From Shimia sp. (GTDB lineage: Bacteria; Pseudomonadota; Alphaproteobacteria; Rhodobacterales; Rhodobacteraceae): DNA of 55,731 bases. Below are positions 18,383 through 29,936 of this stretch, in pieces (position 1 is the stretch's first letter; every line of letters starts with the position of its first letter). A model generated the notes under the pieces. That model made no database searches. It was not told the DNA's origin and was given only the letters and a program-made list of their open reading frames with translations. Location of the stretch: the NCBI RefSeq assembly GCF_041624275.1, contig NZ_JBFJVE010000001.1:1-55731 (forward strand), given 5' to 3'. A program made the position numbers and the translations under genes.

Positions 18383-20281
18383 ATGCAATTTTATCTGGAT
18401 GGTTTTCGCGCAGGAGACCCCGACATCAGCACCGCGGCAGCCAACCGGCGCGACCGGGACCCGCATGCGCCGCTGCCCGAAAAAGTGGATGTGCTGATTG
18501 CGGGCACCGGGCCGGCCGGGCTTTGCCTGGCCGCCCAACTGGCGCAGTTTCCCGACATCGACACGATGATCGTCGAAGCCAGCCCCTGCAACATCAACAA
18601 GGGCAAGGCCGACGGCATCAACACCCGCACCATGGAGATGTTTCAAGCCTTCGGTTTCGCCGACAAGGTCAAGCGTGAAAGCTATTGGGTCAACCAGACC
18701 GCCTTCTGGATGCCGGACCGTGATGCGCCCGGCAACATCACCCGCGTCGGCCGGGTGCAGGACGTGGCGGACGACAGTTCGGAAATGCCGCATATCCTGA
18801 TCAACCAGGCGCGGCTGCACCAGCTGTTTCTCGACGTGATGCGAAACGCGCCGTCGCGGCTGGCGCCGGATTACAACTGGTCGGTCAAGGATGTGAGCAT
18901 CGATCCGACCACCGACGACCACCCGGTCACGGTGACGCTGGAGGATACCGGCGTCGACTGGGGCGCGATCCGGACCGTTCGGGCCAATTACGTCGTCGGC
19001 TGCGACGGCGCCCGGTCGAACGTCCGCCGGGCGATCGGCGGCGAGCTGCATGGCGACGCGGCGCATCAGGCCTGGGGGGTGATGGACATATTGGCCAATA
19101 CCGATTTCCCGGATGTGCGGCAGAAATGCCTGATCACCTCGGCCCGCGAAGGCAACGTACTGATACTGCCGCGCGAGGGCGGCTATCTGTTCCGCATGTA
19201 TGTCGAACTGGACAAGCTGCGCGCCGGCGAACGGGTGGCCGAACGCGGTTTCGGACAGGACGACATGATCGCGGCGGCCAACCGCATCATGCACCCCTAT
19301 ACCATCGACGTGAAAGAGGTGGTCTGGTGGTCGATCTACGAGATCGGCCACCGCATGACCGACCGGTTCGACGACGTGCCCGAGGGCGAGAGCCCGAGCC
19401 GCACCCCCCGCGTCTTTACCGCCGGCGACGCCTGCCACACCCACAGCCCCAAGGCCGGTCAGGGCATGAACGTCTCGATGCAGGACAGCTTCAACCTTGG
19501 CTGGAAACTGGCCCATGTGTTGCAGGGGCGCGCCGATGCCCGCCTGTTGCACAGCTATTCGGCGGAACGCTGGGCCGAGGCCAAGCGGCTGGTCGAGACC
19601 GATCACGAATGGGCCCGCATCATGTCGGCGCCGCCGGGCACCAGCGCCCTGGACGACGGCACCGAACCGCGATTCATCCGCGCCTTCAAGGACAATCTCG
19701 AGTTCACCGGGGGGCTGGCGGTGCATTACGCCGAATCCGACCTGATCGGGCCGGCAACCCACCAGGGCCTGGCCACGGGCCTGCCGGTCGGACGCCGGTT
19801 CCACTCGGCCCCCGTCGTGCGGGTTGCCGATGCCAAGCAGATGCAGCTTGGCCATGCGGCGCAGGCCGACGGGCGCTGGCGGATCTATGCCTTTGCCGGC
19901 AGGGAGCATGATGCGCTGCACCGGCTGGCCCTGTGGCTGGAGACGGACCCGGCCTCGCCGGTGGTGAAATACACCCGCCAGACCGAGGATATCGACGCGC
20001 TGATCGACCTGCGCGCCGTGTTCCCGCAAACCTTCGACCAGCTGGCCCTTGAAACCATGCCACCGCTTCTCAGGCCGACCAAGGGCAGGCTGGGCCTGCA
20101 GGATCACGAAAAGATCTTCTGCGTCGATCACAAGGGCGCCGGCGATGTCTATGACATGCGCGGGATCGACCGCGGCCAAGGCTGCATGGTGGTCGTCCGC
20201 CCCGACCAGTACACCGCCCATGTGCTGCCGCTTGACCACGTCGATACCCTTGGGCGTTTCTTCGACGGCATCTTCGCCTGA
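18383..20281 (+). CDS. mobA: FAD-dependent monooxygenase, 3-hydroxybenzoate 4-hydroxylase type
   Basis: N-terminus MQFYLDGFRAGDP, G.GPAG, G.ADG, GCDGARS.VR, WWSIYEIG, AGDACHTHSPKAGQGMN, C-terminal thioredoxin-like domain with VVRPDQY; resembles Comamonas MobA. Confidence 0.8.
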   Translation: MQFYLDGFRAGDPDISTAAANRRDRDPHAPLPEKVDVLIAGTGPAGLCLAAQLAQFPDIDTMIVEASPCNINKGKADGINTRTMEMFQAFGFADKVKRESYWVNQTAFWMPDRDAPGNITRVGRVQDVADDSSEMPHILINQARLHQLFLDVMRNAPSRLAPDYNWSVKDVSIDPTTDDHPVTVTLEDTGVDWGAIRTVRANYVVGCDGARSNVRRAIGGELHGDAAHQAWGVMDILANTDFPDVRQKCLITSAREGNVLILPREGGYLFRMYVELDKLRAGERVAERGFGQDDMIAAANRIMHPYTIDVKEVVWWSIYEIGHRMTDRFDDVPEGESPSRTPRVFTAGDACHTHSPKAGQGMNVSMQDSFNLGWKLAHVLQGRADARLLHSYSAERWAEAKRLVETDHEWARIMSAPPGTSALDDGTEPRFIRAFKDNLEFTGGLAVHYAESDLIGPATHQGLATGLPVGRRFHSAPVVRVADAKQMQLGHAAQADGRWRIYAFAGREHDALHRLALWLETDPASPVVKYTRQTEDIDALIDLRAVFPQTFDQLALETMPPLLRPTKGRLGLQDHEKIFCVDHKGAGDVYDMRGIDRGQGCMVVVRPDQYTAHVLPLDHVDTLGRFFDGIFA

Positions 20282-20309
20282 GCCCCGGGGCAGGCAGCGG
20301 GGCACCCGA

Positions 20310-20394
20310 GCGGCGCCCCGCCCGCCCTTTCTGCCTCCCCTCTGCCCCCCTGCGCTCTGCCTCCCCTGCGCCCTCCCCCCTGCGCCCGGCGGCG
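20310..20394. repeat. Low-complexity C-rich imperfect tandem repeat (G-rich on the minus strand)
   Basis: 85 nt without any A on the plus strand; units such as CTGCCTCCCC / CCCCCCTGCG; nine runs of 3 or more C. Confidence 0.8.
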
Positions 20395-20510
20395 ATTTTC
20401 TTTGCGATCGGCCGATTTGAAAGCCGCATGAAGCGATGATCCTGCCTTGATGCCGACCGGAGGATCGCCCACTGTCGGTGCCGCAAACGCAACGCAACAG
20501 GACAGGCCCC

Positions 20511-21500
20511 TTGAAAACGCGCAAACTTGGCCGCAACGGCCCCACCGTCAGTGCCCTCGGCTACGGCGCCATGTCATTCACCAATTTCTACGGACCGGCC
20601 ACCGACGAAGGATCGATGGCGATCCTCGATGAATGCACCGAACTGGGGATCACGCATATCGACACCTCGAATGTCTATGGCATGGGGCGTTCGGAAACCG
20701 TGATCGGCGCGTGGCTGAGGCAACGCGGCGGCGAGCCGCCCTTTGCCATCGCGACCAAAGTCGGCATCACCGCCGACCCGGACCAGCGTTTCAACAACGA
20801 TCCGTCCCATATGCGCGGCGCACTCGACGCCAGCCTGACCCGGCTCGGGGTCGAGGCGATCGACCTCTACTACGTGCACCGCCGCGACCAGCGGTTCGAG
20901 ATCGAAGAGGTCGCCGAGACGATGGCCAGCTTCGTCAAAGAGGGCAAGGTCAAGGCGGTCGGATGGTCGGAAATCGCCCCGTCCTCGCTGCGCCGCGCCC
21001 ATGCGGTGCACCCGGTGGCGGCGGTGCAGTCCGAGTATTCGCTGTCGACCCGCGCCCCCGAGCTGGGGTTGATCCAGACCTGCGCCGAGCTGGGCGCGGC
21101 GCTGGTGGCCTTTTCGCCGGTCGGGCGGGCGCTGCTGACCGACCGCCCGCATTCGGCCGAAAGCGTTGCCGACCTGCCCTTTCTGAAGGTCAACCCGCGC
21201 TTTATCGAACCCAATCTCGGCGCCAACCTCGAATACAACGCCCGGTTCCGGGAACTGGCGGCAGATCTCGGGGTGGCGGCCGCCTCGCTGGCCATCGCCT
21301 GGGTGTTGCAGCGCGGCGATCATGTCCACGCGATCCCCGGCACCCGCAGCATCGCGCATCTGCGCGAACTGGCCGCCGGTGCCGATCTTGAGCTGAGCGC
21401 CGAGACCCTGGCGCGGATCGACGCGGTGCTGCCGGTCGGCTGGGCCCATGGCGACCGATACTCGGTAGCGCAATGGGCCGGCCCGGAATGCTACTGCTAG
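20511..21500 (+). CDS. Aldo/keto reductase
   Basis: LGYGAM, DTSNVYG, ATK, DLYYVHR, QSEYSL, FSPVGR, IPGT; catalytic D/Y/K/H residues present; TTG start 20511. Confidence 0.92.
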   Translation: MKTRKLGRNGPTVSALGYGAMSFTNFYGPATDEGSMAILDECTELGITHIDTSNVYGMGRSETVIGAWLRQRGGEPPFAIATKVGITADPDQRFNNDPSHMRGALDASLTRLGVEAIDLYYVHRRDQRFEIEEVAETMASFVKEGKVKAVGWSEIAPSSLRRAHAVHPVAAVQSEYSLSTRAPELGLIQTCAELGAALVAFSPVGRALLTDRPHSAESVADLPFLKVNPRFIEPNLGANLEYNARFRELAADLGVAAASLAIAWVLQRGDHVHAIPGTRSIAHLRELAAGADLELSAETLARIDAVLPVGWAHGDRYSVAQWAGPECYC

Positions 21501-21505
21501 GGTGA

Positions 21506-21527
21506 AAAGGGGCCGCGAGGCCCCTTT
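21506..21527. terminator. Bidirectional intrinsic terminator between AKR and pobA
   Basis: AAAGGGGCC-gcga-GGCCCCTTT between convergent genes. Confidence 0.8.
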
Positions 21528-21554
21528 CCGCACACCCTTACATCAGATGCGACC

Positions 21555-23665
<2,111 letters not shown>

Positions 23666-23667
23666 GA

Positions 23668-24612
23668 TCAGCCGAATGACCTTTCGATCCGGTCCAGCGT
23701 CTCCATGGCCTGGATCACGTCGGTGACACAGCCGTTGGGCGCCCGCCCTTCGCGGATCGCGGCGACGAATTCGCGGTCGATAAGCTCGATGCCGTTGTCC
23801 GAGACGGCGACGCCGCTCAGGTCGATCTTGTTCTCGTTGCCGTCATAGAGGTCGTCGTAGCGGGCGATATAGGTGCCGTTGTCGCAGATGTAACGGAAAT
23901 AGGTGCCCAAGGGACCGTCGTTGTTGAACGACAGCGACAGGGTGCAGATCGCGCCATCTTCCGCTTTCAGACCGATCGCCATGTCCATGGCAATACCCAG
24001 TTCGGGGTGCGCCGGACCCTCGAGGCCAAAGGCGGCGACCGCCTTGCCGCCGGTCTGGTACTGGAACAGGTCGACGGTGTGGCAGGCGTGGTGCCACAGC
24101 AGGTGATCGGTCCAGCTGCGCGGCTCGCCCTTGGCATTGGTGTTGCTGCGGCGGAAGAAATAGGTCTGAACATCCATCTGCTGGATCTTCAGCTCGCCGG
24201 CGTCGATGCGGTTCTTGATCCATTGATGCGAGGGGTTGAAGCGGCGCACCTGCCCGGCCATGCAGGTCAGCCCGGTCTCGCGCTGCTTGGCGACGACGCG
24301 CTGGCTGTCCTCGAGACTGTCGGCCATCGGAATCTCGATCAGGACATGTTTGCCCGCGTCCATGCAGTCGATGGCCTGCTGGGCATGCATCTGAGTCGGC
24401 GTCGACAGGATCACCGCATCGACGTCATCCCGCGCGATGCATTCCTCAAGCGTGGTGCCCGCGTGGCCGATGCCCCGCTCTGCCGCCAGCGCCTCGATCT
24501 TGGCCTTGGTCGGCCCCATGACCGAGGTCACCTCGACCTCGTCGATCCGTGCCAGCGCATCAAGATGTTTCAGGCCGAAGGCGCCATAGGCGCCGGCTAC
24601 GCAGAGTCTCAT
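23668..24612 (-). CDS. ligC: 4-carboxy-2-hydroxymuconate-6-semialdehyde dehydrogenase
   Basis: GAFG.KHLD, DVDAVIL.TPTQMH, GKHV..EIP, RRFNPSHQ, RSWTDHLLWHHA.HTVDLF, characteristic of LigC/PmdC. Confidence 0.92.
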   Translation of the reverse strand: MRLCVAGAYGAFGLKHLDALARIDEVEVTSVMGPTKAKIEALAAERGIGHAGTTLEECIARDDVDAVILSTPTQMHAQQAIDCMDAGKHVLIEIPMADSLEDSQRVVAKQRETGLTCMAGQVRRFNPSHQWIKNRIDAGELKIQQMDVQTYFFRRSNTNAKGEPRSWTDHLLWHHACHTVDLFQYQTGGKAVAAFGLEGPAHPELGIAMDMAIGLKAEDGAICTLSLSFNNDGPLGTYFRYICDNGTYIARYDDLYDGNENKIDLSGVAVSDNGIELIDREFVAAIREGRAPNGCVTDVIQAMETLDRIERSFG

Positions 24613-24773
24613 GATCTCGGTTCCCTTTTCGCTTCCGGCCCGCCCGCCCAGCGGCGCGTCACCCTGCTCCGACACGGCCTCGCGCGCGGAAAATCGGCGG
24701 CAAGCCTCGTCTACCGTTGCCGCGACCATATCAGCGCCCGGGCAGGTCGGGGCATTGAAATGCGGCACCCGTC

Positions 24774-24788
24774 ATTTGAAATTGTTAT
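24774..24788 (-). promoter_or_regulatory. Candidate LysR (T-N11-A) box upstream of ligC
   Basis: Minus strand ATAACAATTTCAAAT, matching the box at 26053 in 12 of 15 positions. Confidence 0.55.
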
Positions 24789-24793
24789 TCCCT

Positions 24794-26023
24794 TCATTCA
24801 CTCACGCCCCCGCCCGAAGCCGCCTCGCGGATGATTTCAAGAAACCTCTGCTGAATCGGGGTCGGCACCCATCCGGAACGGAAGGTCAACCCGATCGCCC
24901 GGCCGGAGCTTGGCAGCTCGATCGGCAGCTGCATGACCTGCCCCAGCGCCTCTTCGGTCTCGATCTGGCGCTTGGAGGCGATCGAGACATAATTCCCCCG
25001 CGCCAATAGCCCGCGCAAAAGAACCAGCGAGCTTGACACGATCCGCACCGGCGACCCCGGCAGATCGAGCTGCCGCAGGGTTTCGAACAGATAGGTGCCG
25101 GTGGGGGCGCTTTGCGGCGGCGCCACCCACGGATAGGCCAGCGTGTCCTCGAAGGTGAGACCGGGCTTTGCGGCCAGCGGATGGTCGGGCGAGGCCACCA
25201 CCGCGAGATCGTCCATGAACAGCTCTTCCTGTTCGACGTCGCTGGCCGGCTTGGGGAAGCGCAGCGCGCCGATCAGGAAGTCGATGTCGCCAAAGCGCAG
25301 ATCATGGATCAGCGTGTGATAGCGCGCGTCGACACAGTTCACCTGCACCCCCGGCCCGACCTCGCCCATCAGGCGGTCGATGGCCTCGGGCAGGATCGAG
25401 CTGCGCGACAGCGGCAGCGAGCCGACATTGATGCAGGTGGTGTCCTGCCCGAGGAATTCATTGATTTCATAGACCGCCTGCTGAAACTCGCTGGCGGCAA
25501 GTCGGACATGATAGACAAAGGCCTCGGCGGCCGGTGTCAGCACCACCCCGCCCCGCGTCTGGTCGAACAGGGTCAACCCCGAAAGCGAGGCCAGCTCGCG
25601 CACCGCGCGGTGAAGGCCGGGCTGACTCACCCCCAGTTCACGGGCGGCCTGATTGAAGCTGCCGGCCTTGGCGATCGCGGTCAGGGCGCGCAGCTGGGCC
25701 GGCGAACAGAAGCGGTGAAAGGGATTGCGCAGCCGTTCATCGCTGCCACGCGCCATCTTCTTGCGGGCCAGCCCGTCACCACGGCGCAGGTGTTCGAGAA
25801 TCCGCGCAAGCCGGCGCTCGAAGACCAGCCCGGGCTCGGTCGGCACCATGCCCTTGGGCTGGCGTTCGAACAGCGGTGCGCCGAGAATGGTTTCGACCCT
25901 TGCCAGCGCCTGTGTCGCCGCCGGCTGCGACATATGCGCGGCCTCGGCAGCAGCGCCGATACGCCGGTGGCGGTAGACTTCGCTGACCACGTAGAGATAG
26001 CGGATATGTGGCAGTTCCTTCAT
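24794..26023 (-). CDS. LysR-family regulator with two HTH domains (GalR/LigR-like)
   Basis: 409 aa; two HTH motifs (AAEAAHMSQPAATQAL and AARELGVSQPGLHRAV) before the LysR substrate-binding domain; divergent from the galB operon. Confidence 0.88.
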   Translation of the reverse strand: MKELPHIRYLYVVSEVYRHRRIGAAAEAAHMSQPAATQALARVETILGAPLFERQPKGMVPTEPGLVFERRLARILEHLRRGDGLARKKMARGSDERLRNPFHRFCSPAQLRALTAIAKAGSFNQAARELGVSQPGLHRAVRELASLSGLTLFDQTRGGVVLTPAAEAFVYHVRLAASEFQQAVYEINEFLGQDTTCINVGSLPLSRSSILPEAIDRLMGEVGPGVQVNCVDARYHTLIHDLRFGDIDFLIGALRFPKPASDVEQEELFMDDLAVVASPDHPLAAKPGLTFEDTLAYPWVAPPQSAPTGTYLFETLRQLDLPGSPVRIVSSSLVLLRGLLARGNYVSIASKRQIETEEALGQVMQLPIELPSSGRAIGLTFRSGWVPTPIQQRFLEIIREAASGGGVSE

Positions 26024-26052
26024 CGGTCCCGACCCTGTCTGTTTCCTTGGTT

Positions 26053-26089
26053 ATAACAAAAACAAATTTCGATTGTCAGGATTCGAAAT
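26053..26089 (+). promoter_or_regulatory. Candidate LysR binding region upstream of the galB-ligK-ligU-ligI-ligAB operon
   Basis: ATAACAAAAACAAAT (T-N11-A) at 26053-26067, followed by the inverted repeat ATTTCGA-N10-TCGAAAT. Confidence 0.55.
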
Positions 26090-26152
26090 GGTCAAATTGG
26101 CACCACTGCCATTACCTTTTGATAGAATTCCGACCATTTGAGAGGCGCAACA

Positions 26153-26887
26153 ATGGCTGACAAGAAAACCGCGCTGGTGATTTCTGCCCATGCGGCAGAT
26201 TTCGTTTGGCGCTGTGGGGGGGCAATCGCCCTGCATCAAGAACTGGGCTACGACGTGACCGTGGCCTGCCTGTCCTTCGGCGAACGCGGCGAGAGCGCGC
26301 GGCTGTGGAAAGAGGGCAAGACGCTCGACGAGGTCAAGGCGATCCGCCAGAGCGAGGCCGAGGCTTCGGCCCGTGCGCTTGGCGTCAGCGACATCCGTTT
26401 CCTCGACATGGGCGACTACCCGCTGCGCTTCACCGAAGAGGCAGAGGACAAGGTGGTCGACATCATCCGCGAGGTGCAGCCGAAATTCATGTTCTCGCAC
26501 TCAAGGTGGGACCCCTACAACACCGACCACATGAAGACCACCGACTTCGCCCTGACCTGCCGCATGATCGCCCAGGCCTGGGGCCACAATCCGGGCGAGA
26601 AGGTGCTGGGCGCGCCGCAGCTTTATCTGTTCGAGCCGCATCAGACCGAACAGATGGGCTGGAAGCCCGACGTGTTTCTCGACATCACCCCGGTCTGGGA
26701 GAAGAAGCGCGCGGCGATGGAGTGCATGAACGGGCAGATCCACCTCTGGGATTTCTACACCCGCGTCGCCCAGCAGCGCGCCAATCATTTCAAGCGCAAC
26801 TCGGGCGGCATGGCCGGTGGTCGCGATTGCAAATACGCCGAGGGCTTCGAGACCGTGTTCCCGATCTGCGTGGATGAGCTGTCATGA
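26153..26887 (+). CDS. galB: 4-oxalomesaconate hydratase, PIG-L family
   Basis: [40 protein letters not shown]. Confidence 0.88.
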   Translation: MADKKTALVISAHAADFVWRCGGAIALHQELGYDVTVACLSFGERGESARLWKEGKTLDEVKAIRQSEAEASARALGVSDIRFLDMGDYPLRFTEEAEDKVVDIIREVQPKFMFSHSRWDPYNTDHMKTTDFALTCRMIAQAWGHNPGEKVLGAPQLYLFEPHQTEQMGWKPDVFLDITPVWEKKRAAMECMNGQIHLWDFYTRVAQQRANHFKRNSGGMAGGRDCKYAEGFETVFPICVDELS

Positions 26888-27576
26888 GCTATCCGCTGGG
26901 CACACAGGGCGTCGTCGTCCAGAATATCGAACGCGCCGACCCGGCGGTGATCGACGGGCTGGCCGAATGCGGCGTGGCCACGGTCCACGAGGCGCAGGGG
27001 CGCAAGGGGCTCTTGGCGGGCTACATGCGGCCGATCTATCCCGGTGCGCGGATCGCCGCCTCGGCGGTGACGATCTCGGCGCCGCCCTGCGACAACTGGA
27101 TGATCCATGTCGCGATCGAACAGCTGCAGGCGGGCGATGTTCTGGTGCTGGCGCCGACCTCGCCTTCGGATGCCGGCTATTTCGGCGATCTGCTGGCCAC
27201 CTCGGCCAGCGTGCGCGGCTGTCGCGGGCTGGTGATCGACGCCGGGGTCCGCGACATACGCGACCTGACGGAAATGGGCTTTCCGGTCTGGTCGAAGGCG
27301 GTTTTCGCCCAGGGCACGGTCAAGGAAACCCTGGGCTCGGTCAATGTGCCGGTGGTCTGCGCCGATGCGCTGATCCACCCCGGCGACGTGATCGTGGCCG
27401 ATGATGACGGCGTCTGCGTCGTGCGCCGAGACGAGGCCGCATCGGTGCTCGAGAAGGCCCGCGCGCGCGAGGCCAACGAGGCGCAGAAACGGGCCCGTTT
27501 CGAGGCCGGCGAACTGGGGCTCGACATCTACGGAATGCGCGCACGCCTGGCGGAAAAGGGGTTGAAATATGTCTGA
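26884..27576 (+). CDS. ligK: 4-carboxy-4-hydroxy-2-oxoadipate aldolase / oxaloacetate decarboxylase
   Basis: [48 protein letters not shown]. Confidence 0.95.
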   Translation: MSYPLGTQGVVVQNIERADPAVIDGLAECGVATVHEAQGRKGLLAGYMRPIYPGARIAASAVTISAPPCDNWMIHVAIEQLQAGDVLVLAPTSPSDAGYFGDLLATSASVRGCRGLVIDAGVRDIRDLTEMGFPVWSKAVFAQGTVKETLGSVNVPVVCADALIHPGDVIVADDDGVCVVRRDEAASVLEKARAREANEAQKRARFEAGELGLDIYGMRARLAEKGLKYV

Positions 27577-28624
27577 GGGCCTGCGCTGCATGTGGATGCG
27601 TGGCGGCACGTCGAAGGGCGGGTATTTCCTGCGCGACGACCTGCCCCGCGATCTGTCGCGGCGCGACGCCACGCTGCTGGCCATCATGGGGTCGCCCGAC
27701 CCGCGCCAGATCGACGGCATGGGCGGCGCCGACCCGCTGACCTCGAAGGTCGCCGTGGTCTCGAAATCCGACCGCCCCGGCGTCGATATCGACTATCTGT
27801 TCCTGCAGGTCTTCGTCGACCGCGCCATTGTCACCGACGCCCAGAACTGCGGCAACATCCTTGCCGGGGTGGCGCCCTTCGCCCTCGAGAGGGGGCTGGT
27901 GGCGGCGCAGGACGGCGAAACCCCGGTCACCATCTACATGGAGAACACCGGCCAGATCGCCACCGCCCGGGTGGCGACACCGGGCGGCCGGGTCAGCTAT
28001 GCGGGACAGGCGCGGATCGACGGGGTGCCGGGCAGCGCGGCGCCGGTGCCGATCGAGTTCAAGGACACCGCCGGGTCGAGTTGCGGCGCGCTGCTGCCGA
28101 CCGGCAACGCCGTCGATGTCATCGACGGTGTCGCGCTGACCATGATCGACAACGGCATGCCCTGCGTCGTGATGCGCGCCGCCGACATGGGCATTTCCGG
28201 CACCGAAAGCCCCGAGGACCTCGAGGCGAACGCGGCACTGCGCGCCCGGCTCGAGTCGATCCGCCTGCAATGCGGCCCGCTGATGAACCTTGGCGACGTC
28301 GGCGACAAATCGGTGCCCAAGATGACCATGGTCAGCCCGGCGCAGAACGGCGGCGCCATTGCGACGCGCACCTTCATTCCGCACCGCTGCCACAAGACGA
28401 TCGGCGTGCTGGGGGCGGTCAGCGTCGCCACCGCCTGCCTGCTCGAGGGCAGCCCCGCCGCAGCCCTGGCCGAGACCGGCACCGGCGACGAGCGGCGGCT
28501 GGCGGTCGAGCACCCCAGCGGCGAAATGACGGTGATTGCCCGTCTCGACGCGGCCGGCGCGGTCGCCTCGGCGGCGATCCTGCGCACGGCGCGCAAACTG
28601 ATGGATGGAAAGGTCTTCGCATGA
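27569..28624 (+). CDS. galD: 4-oxalomesaconate tautomerase/isomerase (LigU/GalD, PrpF family)
   Basis: [52 protein letters not shown]. Confidence 0.92.
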   Translation: MSEGLRCMWMRGGTSKGGYFLRDDLPRDLSRRDATLLAIMGSPDPRQIDGMGGADPLTSKVAVVSKSDRPGVDIDYLFLQVFVDRAIVTDAQNCGNILAGVAPFALERGLVAAQDGETPVTIYMENTGQIATARVATPGGRVSYAGQARIDGVPGSAAPVPIEFKDTAGSSCGALLPTGNAVDVIDGVALTMIDNGMPCVVMRAADMGISGTESPEDLEANAALRARLESIRLQCGPLMNLGDVGDKSVPKMTMVSPAQNGGAIATRTFIPHRCHKTIGVLGAVSVATACLLEGSPAAALAETGTGDERRLAVEHPSGEMTVIARLDAAGAVASAAILRTARKLMDGKVFA

Positions 28625-29508
28625 GTGAAGAACAGAAAATGGACGCGGGCTGGCTGGTCTTCGACCCCGACCCCAAGACCCCCGATTTCAAACTGCCCGA
28701 GGGGGCGGTGGACGCGCATTGCCACGTCTTCGGGCCGGCGCCCGAGTTTCCCTTTGCCCCGGAACGGAAATACACGCCGTGCAATGCCGGCAAGGATCAG
28801 CTTTTCGCCCTGCGCGACCATCTCGGGTTTGCCCGCAACGTGATCGTGCAGGCAACCTGCCACGGCAAGGACAACCGGGCCATGATCGACGCCTGCCGCG
28901 CGGCCGGCGAGCGCGCCCGGGGAATCGCCTCGGTCGGCGCCGAGATAACCGAGGATGACCTGCACGAAATGCACGCAGCCGGCGTGCGCGGCGTTCGGTT
29001 CAATTTCGTCAAGCGGCTGGTCGACGCGACCCCGAAACAGGTGTTTCTCGATATCGCCGACAAGATCAAACCCCTGGGCTGGCACATCGTGGTCTATTTC
29101 GAGGCCGCCGACCTGGAAGAGCTGGAACCTTTCCTCAGGCAACTCCCGACCACGATCGTCGTCGACCACATGGGGCGCCCGGATGTCACCAAGGGCGTCG
29201 ATCACCCCGATTTCCAGCGCTTCCTGCGCCTGATGGAAGAGAACGACAGCATCTGGTCCAAGGTCACCTGCCCCGAGCGGCTGAGCGTCGAGGGCCCGCC
29301 CTATGCGGATGTGATCCCCTATTGCGCCGAGATCGTGTCCCGTTTCCCGGACCGCGTTCTGTGGGGCACCGACTGGCCGCACCCAAACATGAAATCCCAC
29401 ATGCCCGACGACGGGGCACTGGTCGATTTCATCCCCAAAATCGCACCCAACCCGGAGCATCAACGCAAGCTCCTGGTCGACAACCCGATGCGCCTTTACT
29501 GGGCGTGA
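28621..29508 (+). CDS. ligI: 2-pyrone-4,6-dicarboxylate lactonase
   Basis: DAHCHVFGP, VQATCHG.DN, GVRFNF.KRLVD, DHMGRPD, WGTDWPHPN; ATG at 28621 overlaps the galD stop. Confidence 0.93.
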   Translation: MSEEQKMDAGWLVFDPDPKTPDFKLPEGAVDAHCHVFGPAPEFPFAPERKYTPCNAGKDQLFALRDHLGFARNVIVQATCHGKDNRAMIDACRAAGERARGIASVGAEITEDDLHEMHAAGVRGVRFNFVKRLVDATPKQVFLDIADKIKPLGWHIVVYFEAADLEELEPFLRQLPTTIVVDHMGRPDVTKGVDHPDFQRFLRLMEENDSIWSKVTCPERLSVEGPPYADVIPYCAEIVSRFPDRVLWGTDWPHPNMKSHMPDDGALVDFIPKIAPNPEHQRKLLVDNPMRLYWA

Positions 29509-29564
29509 GCGCCGCGCCCCCCCGGTGAGGACCGGAAAGCGCGGCTGAAACAGGAGGAGACCCG

Positions 29565-29924
29565 ATGCACGATCACGCGGGCCACGACTATCATATCGAC
29601 ATTCCCGGCACGACGATCTTCGACGGCAAGATGGCCATGAAAGGCTATCAGCTGAACAAGATGTGCTATTCTTTCAACAAGGCGGCCAACCGCGAAGCCT
29701 TCAGGGAAGACCCCGAGGCCTATATGGCCGAATACGGGCTGACCGAGGCCCAGAAAGAGGCCATCCGCTCGACCAATATCCTCGCCATGATCGAGGAGGG
29801 CGGCAACATCTACTACCTCGCCAAACTCGCCGGCATCTTCAAGCTGTCGGTCCAGGACGTGGGCGGCCTGCAAACCGGCCGCAGCACCGAAGAGTTCAAG
29901 AAATACCTGCTGAGCCAGGCGTAA
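29565..29924 (+). CDS. ligA: Protocatechuate 4,5-dioxygenase alpha subunit (divergent type)
   Basis: DIPGT.IF....A.KGY.LN, NREAF..D..AY, GGNIYYLAKL. Confidence 0.88.
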   Translation: MHDHAGHDYHIDIPGTTIFDGKMAMKGYQLNKMCYSFNKAANREAFREDPEAYMAEYGLTEAQKEAIRSTNILAMIEEGGNIYYLAKLAGIFKLSVQDVGGLQTGRSTEEFKKYLLSQA

Positions 29925-29936
29925 GGAGACCGGATA

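Noticed and set aside
18332-20545. 737-aa minus-strand ORF antisense to mobA
   Set aside because: Antisense shadow with no domain signature; it runs through the low-complexity tract.
27592-29508. Apparent 638-aa N-terminally extended LigI, and similar extensions of ltaE (6491), M23 (42286), extensin (50106) and atpH (38238)
   Set aside because: The extensions overlap upstream genes in another frame or lack homology. Internal starts with SD or stop-start coupling give normal-length proteins.
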